Part shown: positions 1 through 15,530 of the stretch, piece after piece | Layout: each line of letters starts with the position of its first letter | How positions within the stretch are numbered: the stretch's first letter is position 1 | Assembly (NCBI GenBank): GCA_964016885.1 | Contig: OZ024741.1 | Coordinates: 98,270,001-98,334,000, forward strand | Direction of reading: 5' to 3' | DNA length: 64,000 bases | From: Eledone cirrhosa | Lineage: Eukaryota | The notes under the pieces: model-generated | What the model was told of the DNA's origin: nothing | The model's database searches: none | What the model saw: the letters and a program-made list of their open reading frames with translations, nothing else | Program-made: the position numbers and the translations under genes

Positions 1-5
1 CGTAG

Positions 6-50
<45 letters not shown>

Positions 51-2329
51 TTATATGAAGTTAGATGGCCACCTTGATGCATGGATTGATAAGGAGTTGA
101 GAGAATGTTTTGCCGACACTTTACACATTAAGCAACATATAGCTAAACATATCGTACTACTTAATAGCTACGAGTATGGACATTGATAGAAATGGATACG
201 TACGATAAATGTTGATCTTATAGGTCACCGATATCTTAGTAATATTTTACTGCCAGTGTAGACTATGATGATTGTTATTTAATATTTATTCTGGCTACAT
301 TTTCATCACTTACGTTCACATCTCCCAGATTTGATAAGCTCCGAAAAATCACTATTGGTGACAGCTTGCTAAAAATCTGAATGAACATATCGTTTATTTT
401 TTACGAATTTTCTCTCCCGTATTCTCTTTCACCACTGTATAACCTTAACTGTTTTCTCTACAGATGGTTTGTGTCAGGCGTGGTCCACACATACATGGCT
501 TTTCCCAGAACCTATTATATATTTTTATTATTTTTATTATTTCATATCTATTTTATTTTATATATCTTCTCAACATTAGATTTTGCTTTTTGGGGTAATA
601 TATGGTATATTTTATTTTTATCTTGTTCAATGATTTTGTATAATACTTACATGTGTGGATTGGTTGAGAAAGTGAAATGTTTCACTTTTTTTATACGCCG
701 TGTTAAAACATATTCCGTCTTATCAATAGAACAATAACCTGGTTTATATTTCACTAATTTATTGTTGTTTTTGTCTTGCCCTTCTGATATTTTTTTTTTT
801 TTACATTTAGTACTTTTTCCTATTTCTTTACTGTGAAACCTTACTTTCTGTAATGAGAAAGCGCTGTTTTACAGCTCTTGTAAACTTCCTCGTCTCTAAT
901 CGATAGATAATACTAAACTTTTAAGTCCTCTACAGACTACTTGCATATGCTCGCTGGAGTGGTGGGATAAGTCTGTGTAAAGCAATCAATTTGAGTCAGT
1001 TTCGAATACTAGCTTAATTGTTTCTCTTAAATCTATGTTTGTAAACGTCCTTTCTATCTAAAATGGTTACACATTCGCAATATATTCTTCATATTCCTTG
1101 GGATATGTTATAAACCAAATCAAAATCTCCTTTCTGGAATCACATCGAGTTTATTGATTAAGCAACTACAAGCCGGTTGCTTAATCTGCGAGAAATATCA
1201 GTCAAATCACACACTGATATCTTAAAAAAGAAACACAAAAATTGGGTTATGTAGTCCCCGGTACCTTACGATTGAAAGGCAGAAGATATTACAACAGACG
1301 CAAAGCCTCTCCTGTAGATTATAACTGAAGACTGGAACAAACATCATCACCTCGACAACAGAAATCATGAGAGAACCGCAATCATTTCTATAAGCCAATG
1401 AGTAAGCTTTTACGCGTTGAATCGATCTACCAGAAATAGAAAACAAATATTACACAAATCATACCCTTTTGCCTTAATAAACAAATTTCACCTTGAGTCA
1501 TATATCCTTGAAAATAGACAAGATGATTATAGATAGAATACATTTGATCACATATGTGCCGGTTCGAGGCTTATCATGTGATAAATAACATAAGGGAAAT
1601 TGAGATTCTGTTCGGTCATTCCACATGCTATAAATATCAGCAAAACCCCATACAAGATGCTCAAGGAATTAAAGAGGTTTTATATACAATTCCTTAAAAT
1701 AAAAGGCGTTGTGCTCATAGCCAGAACGACTGATGTGGCGCTAAATCACAGAGGAAACAATCTAATACAGTAATATTCAGGTGAATGCTGACGAAATTTA
1801 GAAACTGCTATTTTTAGAAAGAACAATTATAATAGAAATATCAAAAGCTTGGCATTTTCGAATTATTACATTCTATTATGTCTGACGTAAAACTGTACTT
1901 CAGAAAGCGGTTATTCAAATAAGAGCAAATATGTTCTTGTAAAAGGTGAAAGATTTATTCTCATCAAAGGCAGCTTAATCTCACATGCTAGTGAGTTGAA
2001 GTTTATATTCACTAAGTAAGTAATGTCTATTTCAATAGGTGTTTTCTCTACGGTTCATTATTTAGGATTTATAAATCTACAATATTTTGTCAACTCACAA
2101 AAGATATGTATCAATTGAAATATTTTTAAATTTGACTTCCAGAGATTAATAGAAATCTTAATGAAAGCTTATTTTAGAGTATGTGTGATAAACAAAAGCC
2201 GATAATGACGACGCAAATTTGAAGTAAAGAGTTACCATTAATAGACATTATTAGAATGTATAAAAGTAAATGTATGTAAGCATGTATGCATGTATGTATG
2301 TATGCTGAATTAAAACGACAGCTAAATAT

Positions 2330-2745
2330 AGGGGAATGTTAGTCCTCCTCCAGAACAGGGTTCGAAAGAGACTATTACCTTTGAGGTATGCGGACGCGTA
2401 TGTATGTAAAACTCTGGGCTACTAAGCCACAGAGGACGTCATACTGATAGAAATAACACCTATGAGTACCCCAAATAACTTGATATTGTATGTGACATCT
2501 GTACCAAAGTGTGTCACACGTGGGCTGACACAACACCACAAAGCATGCCAGACCAATCAATCACAAGCAGGCGGGAAACTTACCAGCATACTGAGATATG
2601 ACATGTAAGTCACTTATTGGTTTAATGAGCTATCTAAGGCATGATCAATGACAGCAAGATGAATGTCACATGTTTGCCAATGTCTGATATTTTTTGGAGG
2701 GTGGGGTCTAAAAAGTGTCCGTATTCGGACAAGAGGTGGCCACCA
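2330..2745 (+). mobile_element. Degenerate 3' fragment of an RTE-like LINE (tandem C2H2-like fingers)
   Basis: Frameshifted peptides FEVCGRVC..SGLLSHR, CDICTKVC..RGLTQHHKAC and CKSLIGLMSYLR resemble the C-terminal zinc fingers of RTE-type ORFs; no intact frame. Confidence 0.4.
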
Positions 2746-3025
2746 CTACATGTATCCTCGTTCTTCTGGTTTCATTATTTTATAATTTGTTATCAATACA
2801 GAGAGAAGAGTAGTCGGTTTCTAATAGACATAAGACTAACATTGGAATTTAGACATCAACTAGGTAAATGTTTATGCAAGTCTGCCTGTGTGAGCGCATA
2901 TGTGTGTTTACAGGTATAGATGTTATTATATGTGTGCATCTATGTGCTCGACGTTATATGTGTACACGTACATGTTTTGAATCTCTCTCTCTCTCTATAT
3001 ATATATACATATATATATATATATA

Positions 3026-4468
3026 ATGGAAAAATTTTAACAGGAACAAAACAGAGAGGCAGTACAACGAATGTTTATTAATTTCCCGCTCTGGAGAGTG
3101 GGGTGGTGGTGGAGAACGACGTTTCGGGCATAAGCCCTTCCTCAGGTGAGAAGTGTGTGGGAACAGAGTTCAAAGGGTGTGTAGGGGAGTGGTGGAGAGA
3201 CATATAGCGAAAGGAAACGGTGCGAATGAAATTAAAAATAAAAATAAAAATAAAGCATGATCAAAATACAAGGAATGAAATAAAATTAAATATAAAAGCA
3301 TGATGAAAATAAACTGAAATTAAAAAGGGGGTAAAACAGGTGGTGGAAGGGTGTGGGGTGTGTAGGGGTGGTGGCGGGTGGAGTGGGGAGAGGGAGACGG
3401 GGTGTCCGAGGGGGGAGTGCTGAAGGTGGTGTGTGTGTGTAGGTGTACGTGTGTGTGTGTGTATGTGAAAGTAAGGGTTGGGGGAAGAACGGGGTTGCAT
3501 GTTCAGGAAGAGGTGTGTGTGGGGGGGTTGTAGGTCGGAGTGTCTGTGCGTGTGTGGATAGAGGGGTGAGGGAGAGAGGAATCAGGAGGCTGAGGGTGTA
3601 AATATGTGGTGGAAAGCACGTGTGTGTGGGTTTTAAGCGTGTTGTGGGTGTAGGTGGCGTGTGGGGAAAAAAATGTTTGGGGTGTGTGTGTGGGTGAGTT
3701 ATATAGGTGATCCCGTAAGAGGATGGTTGAAAAGTGGGTAAAATCCTATGATGTTTAGTGGATTCCGTGGTGGTCAAGTTCCGCATACGAGTATTCCATG
3801 AAGAGATGGTCGGAAGAGGAGAGATGTGGGGTGCGCGCGCAACAGGAAGTGGTCAAGCAGTGGGAGTGCTGTGTGTCTGTTTGTGCTGGGAGGTGGTCAG
3901 AGGGCATAGCAGCAGTCGGTGGAATGGTAAAGGGGCGAGGATGGGTAGGTGTGAAAGTTGGAGTGAGGAGGGTGTGTGTGTATTAGTAGAGGTGTTAGTG
4001 GGATGAGTGAGTGTGGAGCGAGGGTGTGGGTGGAGCGGGGAGAGAAGGGTGTGTGTAGTTCTATGGAGGGAGTGTGGTGTACTGGTGTGTGTGTAGTTTG
4101 ATGAAGGGGGTGTTAGTGGGTGTTAGTATACGGGAGGTGGGGAAGGGTTGAATGCAGGTGTGAGTGGGGGTTAGTGGTGGTAGGGTGTGTAGAGTTGGTG
4201 GTGTACGAGGGTGTATGGGTACGTGTGCGTGTGATAAGGAGGGGGCGGAGGAGAAGAAGGGAGGGATGTTGGTATGTTAGTTGGGGAAGGGTGGTCGGAT
4301 GAGGGGTGAAGTGGAGGTGTTAGTATTGTTGGTTGTGGGGTGGGCGGTGAAAAGGAGGGGTGTGTTAGTGGTGTTAGTGGGGGATAAGTGTGGGGGAGGG
4401 GGCGGTCGAAGGCTAAAGGAATAAGGGCGGGGAGTTCAGGCCGGGGGGAGTGTGGGTCTGTAAGATGA
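3026..4468 (-). mobile_element. Degenerate Penelope-like 3' fragment with pseudo-LTR end
   Basis: Bounded by (TA)n on both sides. C-rich minus strand with GIY-YIG C-terminal-like remnants (LPVAR.., TTESTKHHRILPTFQP). Carries a minimal hammerhead and AATAAA, and its end TGTACTGCCTCTCTGTTTT..GTTCCTG is shared with 12583-12856. Confidence 0.6.
3116..3147 (-). ncRNA. Minimal type I hammerhead ribozyme (PLE type)
   Basis: Minus strand AC-CTGAGGA-A-GGGC-TTAT-GCCC-GAAAC-GTC-GT: intact core, 4-bp stem II, palindromic loopless stem III (ACGT) and GUC site; stem I is only about 2 bp. Confidence 0.75.
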
Positions 4469-4511
4469 AGATATATATATATATATAAATATATAAATAT
4501 ATAAATATATA

Positions 4512-5131
4512 CAGTTATTACATGCAGAATTCTTTTAGTGTTTTACATATCGTTACAGTTCCATTAATGGATTGTTCATTTAACTGCATAACTAGTCGTG
4601 TTCATTCTGGTTCAATAAAGCCCAGCTTCTCAAGGTTTATACTGAGGCAGTTAGTAATGTATCCCATGGTCCCAATAATTACACGTATAACTTTGAAGGT
4701 ATAGTTAGGATGAAATATTCGCCGATTCTTCATTAGTTCTGATAGATGTTCTTCTTTTCCCTAATCTTTAATATTATATTGGCTGGGCAGCTAACTTCCA
4801 CTACTGTGCATGTCTTCTTTTCCCTGTCCTATATCATTATATATGGTCTGTTATGTTCACAATTTATTGGCGTTTTGATTGGGACTTTCCACCAGTGCTC
4901 TTTCATATTGTATGTATGTGCCTTTCACATTGCTGTAATTTTTCAAATATTTATTTTCGGGACTATCTTTACAACGGATTGCAATGGATAGTGTTTCGGC
5001 CACTACATCATGCCTCATAGGTAGATAGTACGGAGATGACATCTTTGGACAGATGCTTATTACATGGTTGACATCTTCGATGTTAACTCTGCACAGTCTG
5101 CATTTGTTGTCACATCTGGGTGATTTGCCCG
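4512..5131 (-). mobile_element. 3' fragment of an R4/Dong-like RLE non-LTR retrotransposon (pseudogenised)
   Basis: Minus-strand peptides CRLCRVNIEDVNHVISICPKMSSPYYLPMRHDVVA (CCHC knuckle plus RHD) and VIIGTMGYI...SINGTVTICK match restriction-like endonuclease C-termini; flanked by (TA)n on both sides. Confidence 0.75.
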
Positions 5132-5568
5132 CATATATATATATATGTATGTATGTGTTTGTGTATGTATGTCATCACGTACGTACGTACGTGCAGGCCA
5201 CAATTGTATTCGTGTAGTACGCTGAAATTACGAACAACGGCACATCTTTGAAGAATAAGGTCGGTTAAACGATTAAGTTTTGAAAAGGTTGGTACGTTCT
5301 TTTATGAAATTCAAATTGAACCATATAAATTGGATGCAACAACTACGAAAGTATCAATACTTCCTGACAAATGAAGATTGCCACTATATTGTTAAAGTAA
5401 TTTAACCAAAATATAGTGAATGCATGTAATTATGAAATATTCTTTTCTTTTCTTTTTTTTTGCATACAAGAATAAGACAAGATACTGCGGAAAATAAGAA
5501 AATATGTAGGATATTTCTAATTTCTTAATACCTTTTGTAAAGAATATTCAATTCAAATTTCATATTCA

Positions 5569-5642
<74 letters not shown>

Positions 5643-5671
5643 GAAAATTTCGCTCTACATGGCTGAATACA

Positions 5672-5857
5672 ATAAATGTAATCTGAATATTAATAATATC
5701 ATTCGATTCGTTTGCAATTATGCAAACAAGCCTCATGCCAACATAAGAGCAAGAATGAAGTGTTCATTGTACTGACATGGCTATAAAATTGAGGCTTGTT
5801 TGCATAATTGGAAACGAATCGAATGTTATTATTAATATTCGAAAAACTCAGATTACA
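5672..5857. repeat. Fold-back element (about 60-bp arms) next to (TA)n; same family as 19911-20250
   Basis: 5672-5735 is the reverse complement of 5790-5857. CATGCCAACATAAGAGCAAGAATGAAG...GAAAAACTCAGATTACA recurs at about 20125-20241. Confidence 0.85.
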
Positions 5858-6168
5858 ATTGGCTAGAAGAAACGTTGCACCATATTTAGTTCTGAGGCAA
5901 ATATATTTACGAGCTGAAAAGCAAGGTCTTCCGACTGAGAAAAAATTCAGCTGACATTCGAGTAGTTAAACAGCTGTTAGGTTCATCAGTTCATCTTTAG
6001 AAATAAAACATTGCCAGTTTTTAGGTCGAAGGGGGTTAGTAAAGGTGTGATAAGAAGTATGCGTCGATATATTTACAGACCATGTAATAATGTCATGTAG
6101 CATGATGTGGTTTATATATGAGTATATGATTCATACATACGCATAAACCCAGTATATACATCTGCATA

Positions 6169-6231
<63 letters not shown>

Positions 6232-6435
6232 CATATGTATGTGTATATATGCCTGCGTGATAGAGAGTGTGTGAGACAGAGAAAGGGGAAGAAAAATACG
6301 GTTAAACGAATAGTTAATTGGTTATTACGATATCTAGGAACGTCGCTTGATAGAGTGATAAACATAGTTAGTTAGTTAGACAGTTAGAGAGAGAGAGAGA
6401 GAGAGAGGGGGAGAGAGAGAGATAGAGAGAGCGAG

Positions 6436-6491
<56 letters not shown>

Positions 6492-6792
6492 TGATTGAAT
6501 GAATGATTGATAGTCGGAATGGCAGTTAATATTTATGCTGTATTAGAGTAAGACACATCTGCCTCATCGAGGAACGTCTAAACGTCGTCTGAGGAAGTTC
6601 TGAGAAACAACTTTGTAGAATTAAGAGCAAAATCCAAGGTGAAATATTCCATAACAACCGGTGTATTTATACATTAAGCATATCTCTCTTTGATTCATTT
6701 TATAGAAGAATGTATTTGAAGGACTTTCTAGTGAAATGAAGATGGATAATTGTAAACTGGATAGGGAAAGAAATCCAAATACAATGTTTTTG

Positions 6793-6850
<58 letters not shown>

Positions 6851-6943
6851 GTGTGCGTGTGTGTGTGTCTGTCTGTCAAAGGGGGTGCCGCAGCATGGCC
6901 TCAGCCGGGTGGCTGAAGCAGGTAAAAGAGTAAAAGAGCAAAA

Positions 6944-6980
<37 letters not shown>

Positions 6981-8689
6981 CACCCATACTTAAGCAAAAA
7001 TATATGTATATTATATATTTATATGTATAATTGTGAGTAATTGTGTTCGCGGGTCGCGTGCGTTTGACTTGGCGTGTGTGTGTTATTGAAAGTATGAATG
7101 TACATAAACAACAGACATACAGTAGATGGATAGCATGAGAGTTAGAGAATGAATGAAAGACATACAGATATGTTAGAGGAGAAACTGAGAACGCAAGCTG
7201 ATCAGACAGAATTTTTATAAACGTTGCCATTAACTGTTAAGTGAGAGGAACAATTTAGAACTAAATAAACAACGGTGTAATGTTGCTTTTCAACGCAGTT
7301 TAAAAATTGGAAAGTGTTTCAAAAGACGAAAACAGATTGAGAATAAGATTGATGATATAGTTTGAATAGATTGTCATATCTAGAGCAACGTTTATAAGTG
7401 TATTGAAAGTCTTTCAACTAAAATATATGATACTGGAACTTTAGACAGAGTGGGGAGGATATTTCGTGAGTCAGAGTATTAGTGTGTAAGTATGCGCATA
7501 TATCTATTGTCTGACTACGGAGTGTATGCATGTATACAAACATAACTGAAAGAATAGCTAATTGATGAGTGAGTGATGACCGAGTTGTCACATATAGTCA
7601 TGTAAGAGATGGCTGGGATGCAAATCGATTTGTGCGTAAGGAAATCCTGTCTTACTTAATCTCTTCTTGCACCATATACTCCATTCTCCTACTACATTGT
7701 GCCCACAAACACCTAAATACTATGATACATTCCCACTCGTTTATATAAACAGCATACATACAATATACGCATATATATATATATATATATATAACACAAA
7801 CGCATAGATAGACATGTACAAACATGTACACATTCTTTGACGTAAACACATATCTAGTGAAAAAAATTAAAGCTGGCAACTCCAAGTATATTGTGCGATG
7901 ACTCCTGCAGCGTATTCTGAAACCTTTTCACCAGTATTTTCTGTATAATTAAAAATATTGAGCTAAGTGGATCAATGGCAGGTATTTGAATGATTTATAT
8001 GAGCTGAAATATACTGAATATGCAAAATAATGTCTAGCGATTGTCAAATAAAACGGAAAGAATTTTCAATAAATAAAGAATTAATTTCATAGTAAATTGA
8101 ATGTATATGCTCAATAAGAAAATATGGAACTTATTAGAAGGCAAACTTACAGCTATAAACATATTTCAATTTTAACTCTGCTTACCCAAGCATTAAATTA
8201 TGTGAATCAATTTAAAACCATTTTACTTGTTCTTCGATGAATATCCAAATAAAAATAAATCTAGTCAGTAAAAGGTGAATATTTTTCTGCCCACTGAGAT
8301 ATGAAACTTGTTTATATTTACATATATTTAACAGCGTGGTCGATGGGCGAAGATCAGGGAGGATATCGCTAGAAATATGGGTAACAACCATGCAAATAGA
8401 GTTGGAATATTGCGATGACTTGAGCCAGATCGCAGCATACTATTGTGTAAGATGAGAGTTTATCGAAGATTAGAATTATATATATATATATATATATATA
8501 GTAGTAATAATAATAAATTTGAAGACTAAAATCCAAAGAAGGCTCGATAAGTATAAATATATATCAAATATATAAGAACCCTAGAAGGGTGAAAGCAGCG
8601 ATTCATTACTTAAACTTTAATCTGTTATTTTAATAAATATATATATATACATACACACACACATTTGTATATACATGCATTCTACATCA

Positions 8690-9190
8690 CTTCAAGGACA
8701 AAATTAATTGCACACCCAATCAATCCCAATCAAACCACACTAAAATTGCCAACAGAAAATGAAGAGTTCGCTTGTTGACTTCCTCCCCCACGTTCGCTTA
8801 ACGCAAAGACTGATCTAGCTAATCGATAAACATTTCACGCCGGAACATAGATACAGCAAAATATTCAATCGATATTCGTCAAGATATCTTCTTCGTGTTG
8901 ATCGTCTATGAGATAAACAAAAATTACTGCTGCAAATAAACCCGACTTACATCCAGCTTGCGCTTGTAGGATTAAAGAAAACTATCCTCTACAACAGAAA
9001 TGTAATTAAAAAAAACGCATTGTGCATGAGTCAATGATTACACACACCACTAAAAAAAAGATTCTGAAGTTAGCGAATAATATGTGGGCATGATGAAAGG
9101 CCGTTTAAACAACGAGTTTACTCCCATTTCTACTCCAATAGCACGGCGCTTGCAGAACGAGCCTGGCATTTAAATGAAGAATGATTCCCA
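8690..9190 (+). mobile_element. Degenerate Penelope-like fragment (RT thumb, linker, GIY-YIG)
   Basis: Frameshifted peptides IFNRYSS.., PACACRIKENYPLQQKCN and YVGMMKG..FKQRVYSH..STALAERAWHL parallel the element at 25.3-25.9 kb (GCSCREPDECPLQGKCN, YVGMT..FKTRFYAH..TTALASKVWEF). Confidence 0.7.
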
Positions 9191-9202
9191 CCCCACATAA
9201 AA

Positions 9203-9847
9203 GAACAAAAAAGAAAAACGAACACAGACATATATGTGTTCAAATCGTAATGGATCAGATTCGCTAAGGTGAAAAGAATACTAAGTACAGACAATAGGGT
9301 TTGCTAGATTCAATTTAAGAATAAATCAAGAAAAATAAATACAAATCAGAATTGTGGTAACTACCAATCACCCGGACAGTTTTGATAATACTGTTTCGCA
9401 ATATTAATTGTGAAGTGGAATACCAAAATTATAGCTTATCACCGGATGAAGAATTAATAGTATCCTGGTCACTTCTAAGTATATTAAATAACTGGATAGT
9501 GTGTGTATATATAACGCACATGGTTCCAGAACATAGCGTGTCTCGCAAACTCACGCCACAAAAAATATCAGCCGGGTTTACTCGACATTTGGTTTTTCCG
9601 AACCGTATAATAAAACTGAACAAAACCTCTTCACAATTAATATTGCGAAACAGTATTATCAAAGCTGTGCGGGTGATCGGTAGTTACCACAATTCTGGTT
9701 TGTATTTATTTTTCTTGATTTATTCTTAAATTGAGTCTAGCAAACCCTATTGTCTGTAGTTAGTATTCTTTTTACCTTAGCGAATCTGGTACATTACGAT
9801 TTGAACACATATATGTATATGTCTGTGTTCGTTTTTATTTTTTGTTC
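9203..9847. repeat. Long fold-back element, about 213-bp arms, ending at (TA)n
   Basis: 9203-9415 is the reverse complement of 9629-9847 with few mismatches. The arms retain the 3' half of a hammerhead (GAAACAGT..ACTGTC on the minus strand of the left arm). Confidence 0.9.
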
Positions 9848-9972
9848 AGTTATATTATATATATATATATATATATAAATATAAATATATATACTTGGGG
9901 AGGGTCATACTTGTGTAATAATATTGCCAGATTAATAACAGAACACACTCAAAACTAATTCATCGCCGTTAA

Positions 9973-10058
<86 letters not shown>

Positions 10059-10081
10059 TTAACGGCGATGTATATGTATAT

Positions 10082-10205
<124 letters not shown>

Positions 10206-11160
10206 ACAGAAATATGTGTGTATTTCATTTTTAAGATGTTGATATTTAAACAAACAAATAAATAAATAAAAACACATGCAATATTTTTTTCTGTTCATTG
10301 AGGGTGCCGCAAGAAAGCATTTGGTGACGCAGTAACAAATTATTTCATGCGTCTTTAAACATTGTCAGCAATGCAATGTAAAGCAGCACTAATGTAGTTT
10401 AAAAATCATCTACAATTCTCAGAATTAACATTACCATATCGCCAGAAGGAATTTTTGGCACATTTGTACGATTTCTCTAAACAAAATTCAATCCTAACTC
10501 ATGTTCTGCATTCTTTAAATTAGGAGAGCCAAATGACATGTTATTTATAAACTAGACGTCACTCTAGCGATGAAAGTAAGTCCACATGCACCCAAGACCA
10601 TGAACTAATTCGGATTTACGCTTGGTGAGATTTCCTTTAATCTAACCATGAACGACGAAACATCCCGTTTCTTTTTGCATTTCTGCTGACATGATACATG
10701 TAAATTTAAATACATCCTAAACGTTTGAATGAAAATTATCGCTTCTTTCACCACCGCGAATTTTGTCTTCGAGAGAAAGACAGTCAAGTACGCTAGTGTC
10801 AGCCAGCCAATCCATCTAACCAGCCACCTGGTAGGCTGTAATTATGTTAGCCAGTCAGCCAAACAAGTAGGACATTCAGCTAAATCAGCCATCGAAACCG
10901 ACCAGCCATCCAGCCAGCCAGCCAGCCACCCCGGCAGGCATGAAGATCAACCAAGCCAGCCAGCGAACGAAGCCAGCCTTTCAAATGCAGCATCTCAGAA
11001 TTATTAACAATAAGAAGAAAAGTGGGAGAAGAAAGTTTAAGACACTTTATTTCATAAATGAACGGATCTTTCGTATATGAGGGCATCTTATGGGTTTTTG
11101 TTTTAGATATTAAAGCAGTTTGTATTTTAATAAAAGAAATGTTGTGAACGTGTTAGTGTG

Positions 11161-11225
<65 letters not shown>

Positions 11226-12363
11226 AAATAAATATACATATTTTAGCGGTGAATTGCAAAGATCACTAGAGTGTCGGGTAAAATGTCTTGCGGTATGCGC
11301 TCTGGTGCTCTGCGCTCTGAATTTTAATCCTTTCGAAATCATATCTGCTTTTCTGAATATCATTTCATGTCATTTCGTCTGATATCAATTATTCTGGTGT
11401 CAATTCCTCTGATGTCATCTTCTCTTTTTATGATCCTTTTGTTTTTCTTAATTCATAACTTTAATTTCCCTAATCGGTTTTCTTTGGATTTATATCACAG
11501 GTGTAGGCTTCCGGGCTGGTATGAGGGTCTTCTGACTAGGGTAGTCCAATTGAGGTGTGTGAGGGGTGTTGCTCCTTTGGTATCCTAGCTTCCACATAGA
11601 ACGGGACGTTGGGGTGGAATTTCCGTGCACATGCGCTTAGAGAAGTGGGCATATTAGGTAAATTCAACCTTTAACTCAGTATAGATTTTTAGTTCTTCTA
11701 TGCGACAACATCAAGCTACTCTCCCAACATCAAGCTACTCCCATCTGAACTATATATAGCTATCTATAGGACGGATAACCATCATACTCGAACCGGCTTA
11801 CCAAAAGAACAATTGCAATAATCCCTAGCAATATTATATATACCAGATTAACATCTCTGATTAACCTCATATCAACCTCACATAAATAACGGAGATACTA
11901 GAATGATTCAAACGTTAACAATGTAGTGACATCAAATACTTAGAAAACTGGTTATTGACCTACTATCGAGCAGGTGCTGCAGAAACATCTACCATTGTAT
12001 TGTCTTCACAATTTAATCATAGTGTGTCTTTGTGTCTTAATATCGGATATAACACTATGTGTTTTCAAAACATCAGTTCACCAACTTCTTCATTTCAAAT
12101 TTCACTTATTTTTAAATCGTTCTTGAACGAGTCGGCCGCATTTATTGAAACGAAAACGTTTGGTAATAGAAACATTGATAAAACATTTAATATAAATAGT
12201 CACACCTTTCATATTAAGTGTTGATTGCTCCCAATCTTGTATAAATATTTTCAGCATTGCATCGATTGTTCTTTGTCGCTCTCTCCCATTGCTTTTAATC
12301 GTTCTCTCCCATGTCGTGCATTTTCCCTCATATATTTACTACCACTCTTCTTAATACACACAC

Positions 12364-12435
<72 letters not shown>

Positions 12436-12582
12436 GTTCTCTTTCTCTTTCTCCCTATCTCCCTTTTTTCTCTCTTTCTCCCTCTCCGTTATTCTATCAA
12501 TTTTTTTCCCAATTTCTATGTCCATCTAACAATTAATTTACATCTTCATCTCTTATACCGCCCTCCCCATATATATATCTAT

Positions 12583-12856
<274 letters not shown>

Positions 12857-15530
12857 CATCATTTTGTCCTCTGTCGAAGCAACTGGTCTGACACCTATTT
12901 GGAACGGGACATAGCATTATGTACGGTGCCATATGACCCCAGAGGTGATTAAGGTATTGAGAAACGTTATTATAAAAATCCATTCGAAGTTTTATTTCCC
13001 ATGCATTCACTAATAATTCCTTACGTGACACGCATACTAAGATTACTGATATTAGACATTACAAGCACAAATTTGAAACATGAAAAACAAGCAACGTGCC
13101 CACTGTTCTTGCATTACATACGTATCAATTACCGGCTCGACAAATAATAAAGTGTACCAGATATTTTTGCTATTTTAACTCCACTTATATTTCATATAAT
13201 TCGTAAATACTGTGTTGAAATACTCTGCATAGAGTGTTGTAAAATCCGGAGTCATTGATTAAGATGTAAGCTAATTCCACGTATATGAACAAATGTAAGT
13301 TGATGCATAATAATGCACATTATATAAAACATAAGCACCAATTTGAGGACTAACTCTATCACCTAAGCAGGCTACAGTGTGATTTTTATTTAGAAAGTAA
13401 TGATCCTGAAGTATAGCATCCAATGATGTTCTAATGAATCGGCTAATTTATCACCTTAAACTTGTACTATATTTTTCGACTCCGAAAGGATGAAAAACAA
13501 AGATGAATTTTTCGGGATCTAAACATTAAACAAAATGAACAGGAATCGATACCACAGAGCATTTCGTTCGATGCTCTAATACTTCTGTCAAGTCACCGAT
13601 ATCAATAATACATTGAGACAGAAAACAAAATGTGTACTACAGAGTCTGTTGTCTTTCTTTTAATTTCAATATGCTGTGAATAATGTCTTATAATATTTAC
13701 ATTATTATTTTAGTCAATTATTACTATAGCATGATTATATTTCCAATATGTCATAGAGATTCGAGTATATTTCTTGTATATGATTCTAATATTTTACTGA
13801 ATAATCTTTGACATTTCGATGCGTTTTGTGAACATAATAATATAATTCTATAAGTATGTTCACTTTAATTTATCTCTATAAGTCACACACCATGGTTGTA
13901 TGCAATACTCATTATATCTCAATAACTCATTATCGAAATATCTATACTTGCCTGAAATAGATTAATACATGATTCATGATATATCTATATGTCAGCGGTA
14001 TATTGATCTATGATCATTTCCGTACCTCACATGTTATACATATGTAACCCATACGTCATATGTTTATACCTCCCATATTATATCTATGTACCTCACCTGT
14101 ATTTGCTATATACCTCACATATATCGTATACCTCAACTGTTTCACCTCATACTCTGCGTGTTATATATTTGCACTTTACGTCATACCACACATACGATAT
14201 TTTCGTACCTAACATGTCATACTATTATATACTTCATGTTATATTTTTGTACATCACACATTGTAATTCTATATCTCATAAGTAATATCTGTGAATCCTA
14301 CTCTTCAAACTTTCCTGTTTCAACCATACGAACTTTATCCCGCTCGTCATATTAGTATGTCTCACAGTAGGTTTGATAAGTATGAGGTCGGGTGAGGTGA
14401 AGTTAATATGCAGCCAGCTAGCTCTGAGTATCAGAGCTATATGGTCGCATATTAGTAAGAGTAGATTCGGAAGAATGAGGAAGCTGTGCATCAGTTAGCT
14501 AGAAGCTGAGTATACACTGTCGGTGACACGGATGTTCAAAAACAGATCTGAGAAGTGCGAAAAATATAACAGCATAGAACATTCTGTGAGATACGCTAAT
14601 GACTCCAGCAATTCGCCGCCATTCATAAGAGTGAAATCACATTAATTGAAGAAGAACAAAGAGAATGTTAAAATAAGTGAAAAGTGATTGAAAAGAGGGA
14701 AGTAAATAAATAAATATATATATTGCGCTAACCAAAGTCTGATGAGCTTTTGATTCCAGTGACGATCTCGATCGATAGATATTGAACTTTGAGCTGATAA
14801 ATCGCAATGAAAATTAAAATTAACACCTCGTCCATGCTTATTGGACTTGTAGAAACAATTATTAATTATATATATATAGGGAGAGAGAAGGTAAGTTGGT
14901 ACAAAGGACGCTGTCATTGCTTTTTCTTCGTCATCTTATTAGTGTGATGGAAAATTTGAATGTATCAAAGAAGGAGAAGTAAGAAAAAAATGGAAGCTAA
15001 GTTAGTAGCACGATCAGCCATGAAGACAACAAAGAAAGTGAGGATCATGACCGTGATAGAGAGAAGAGGTAAAAGAGAATTAGCTGGAGAGAATCTGCGG
15101 TTAGTAGTGTAAATATCATAGAAGAGAATTCAGAAAGAGGGTTGAATCAACAAAGAAATAAATAAAAGGTTGTAATTGGAATATATAGATAGTGTGTTAG
15201 AGAATAAAATGAAAGAGAGAGGAAATGGACAATAAAACATTAGAGTGGGAAATGATCAGTGGTAAATGTATGCAAGATATCAGAACGCTTTCGGAACAAT
15301 AATTAATTGTGGTATATATGTGTGTTTATGTGCGCGTACGTGTGCTTTAGTATCTGAGTATGTATGTGTATGTGAGTTTTTTACAGTAATTCAAAGCAAG
15401 GAATAATATTCAAATACTACACACAAACGGGAAGAAAGTTGATGGAAATTCCGTTCACTAGTGATTTGCTGCATATCATGTAAATACATCATGCATCATA
15501 TCTATCTATGTATCTATCTATTTATCTATC

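Noticed and set aside
1783-1812. CTGACGA..GAAAC hammerhead-like core
   Set aside because: No stem I, II or III pairing.
3320-4460. G-rich tract with G-quadruplex potential and His/Pro/Thr-rich ORFs
   Set aside because: Low-complexity expansion inside a decayed PLE; no independent evidence of function.
6583-6622. CTGAGGA..GAAACAACTTTGTA hammerhead-like core
   Set aside because: Stem III is plausible, but stems I and II do not pair.
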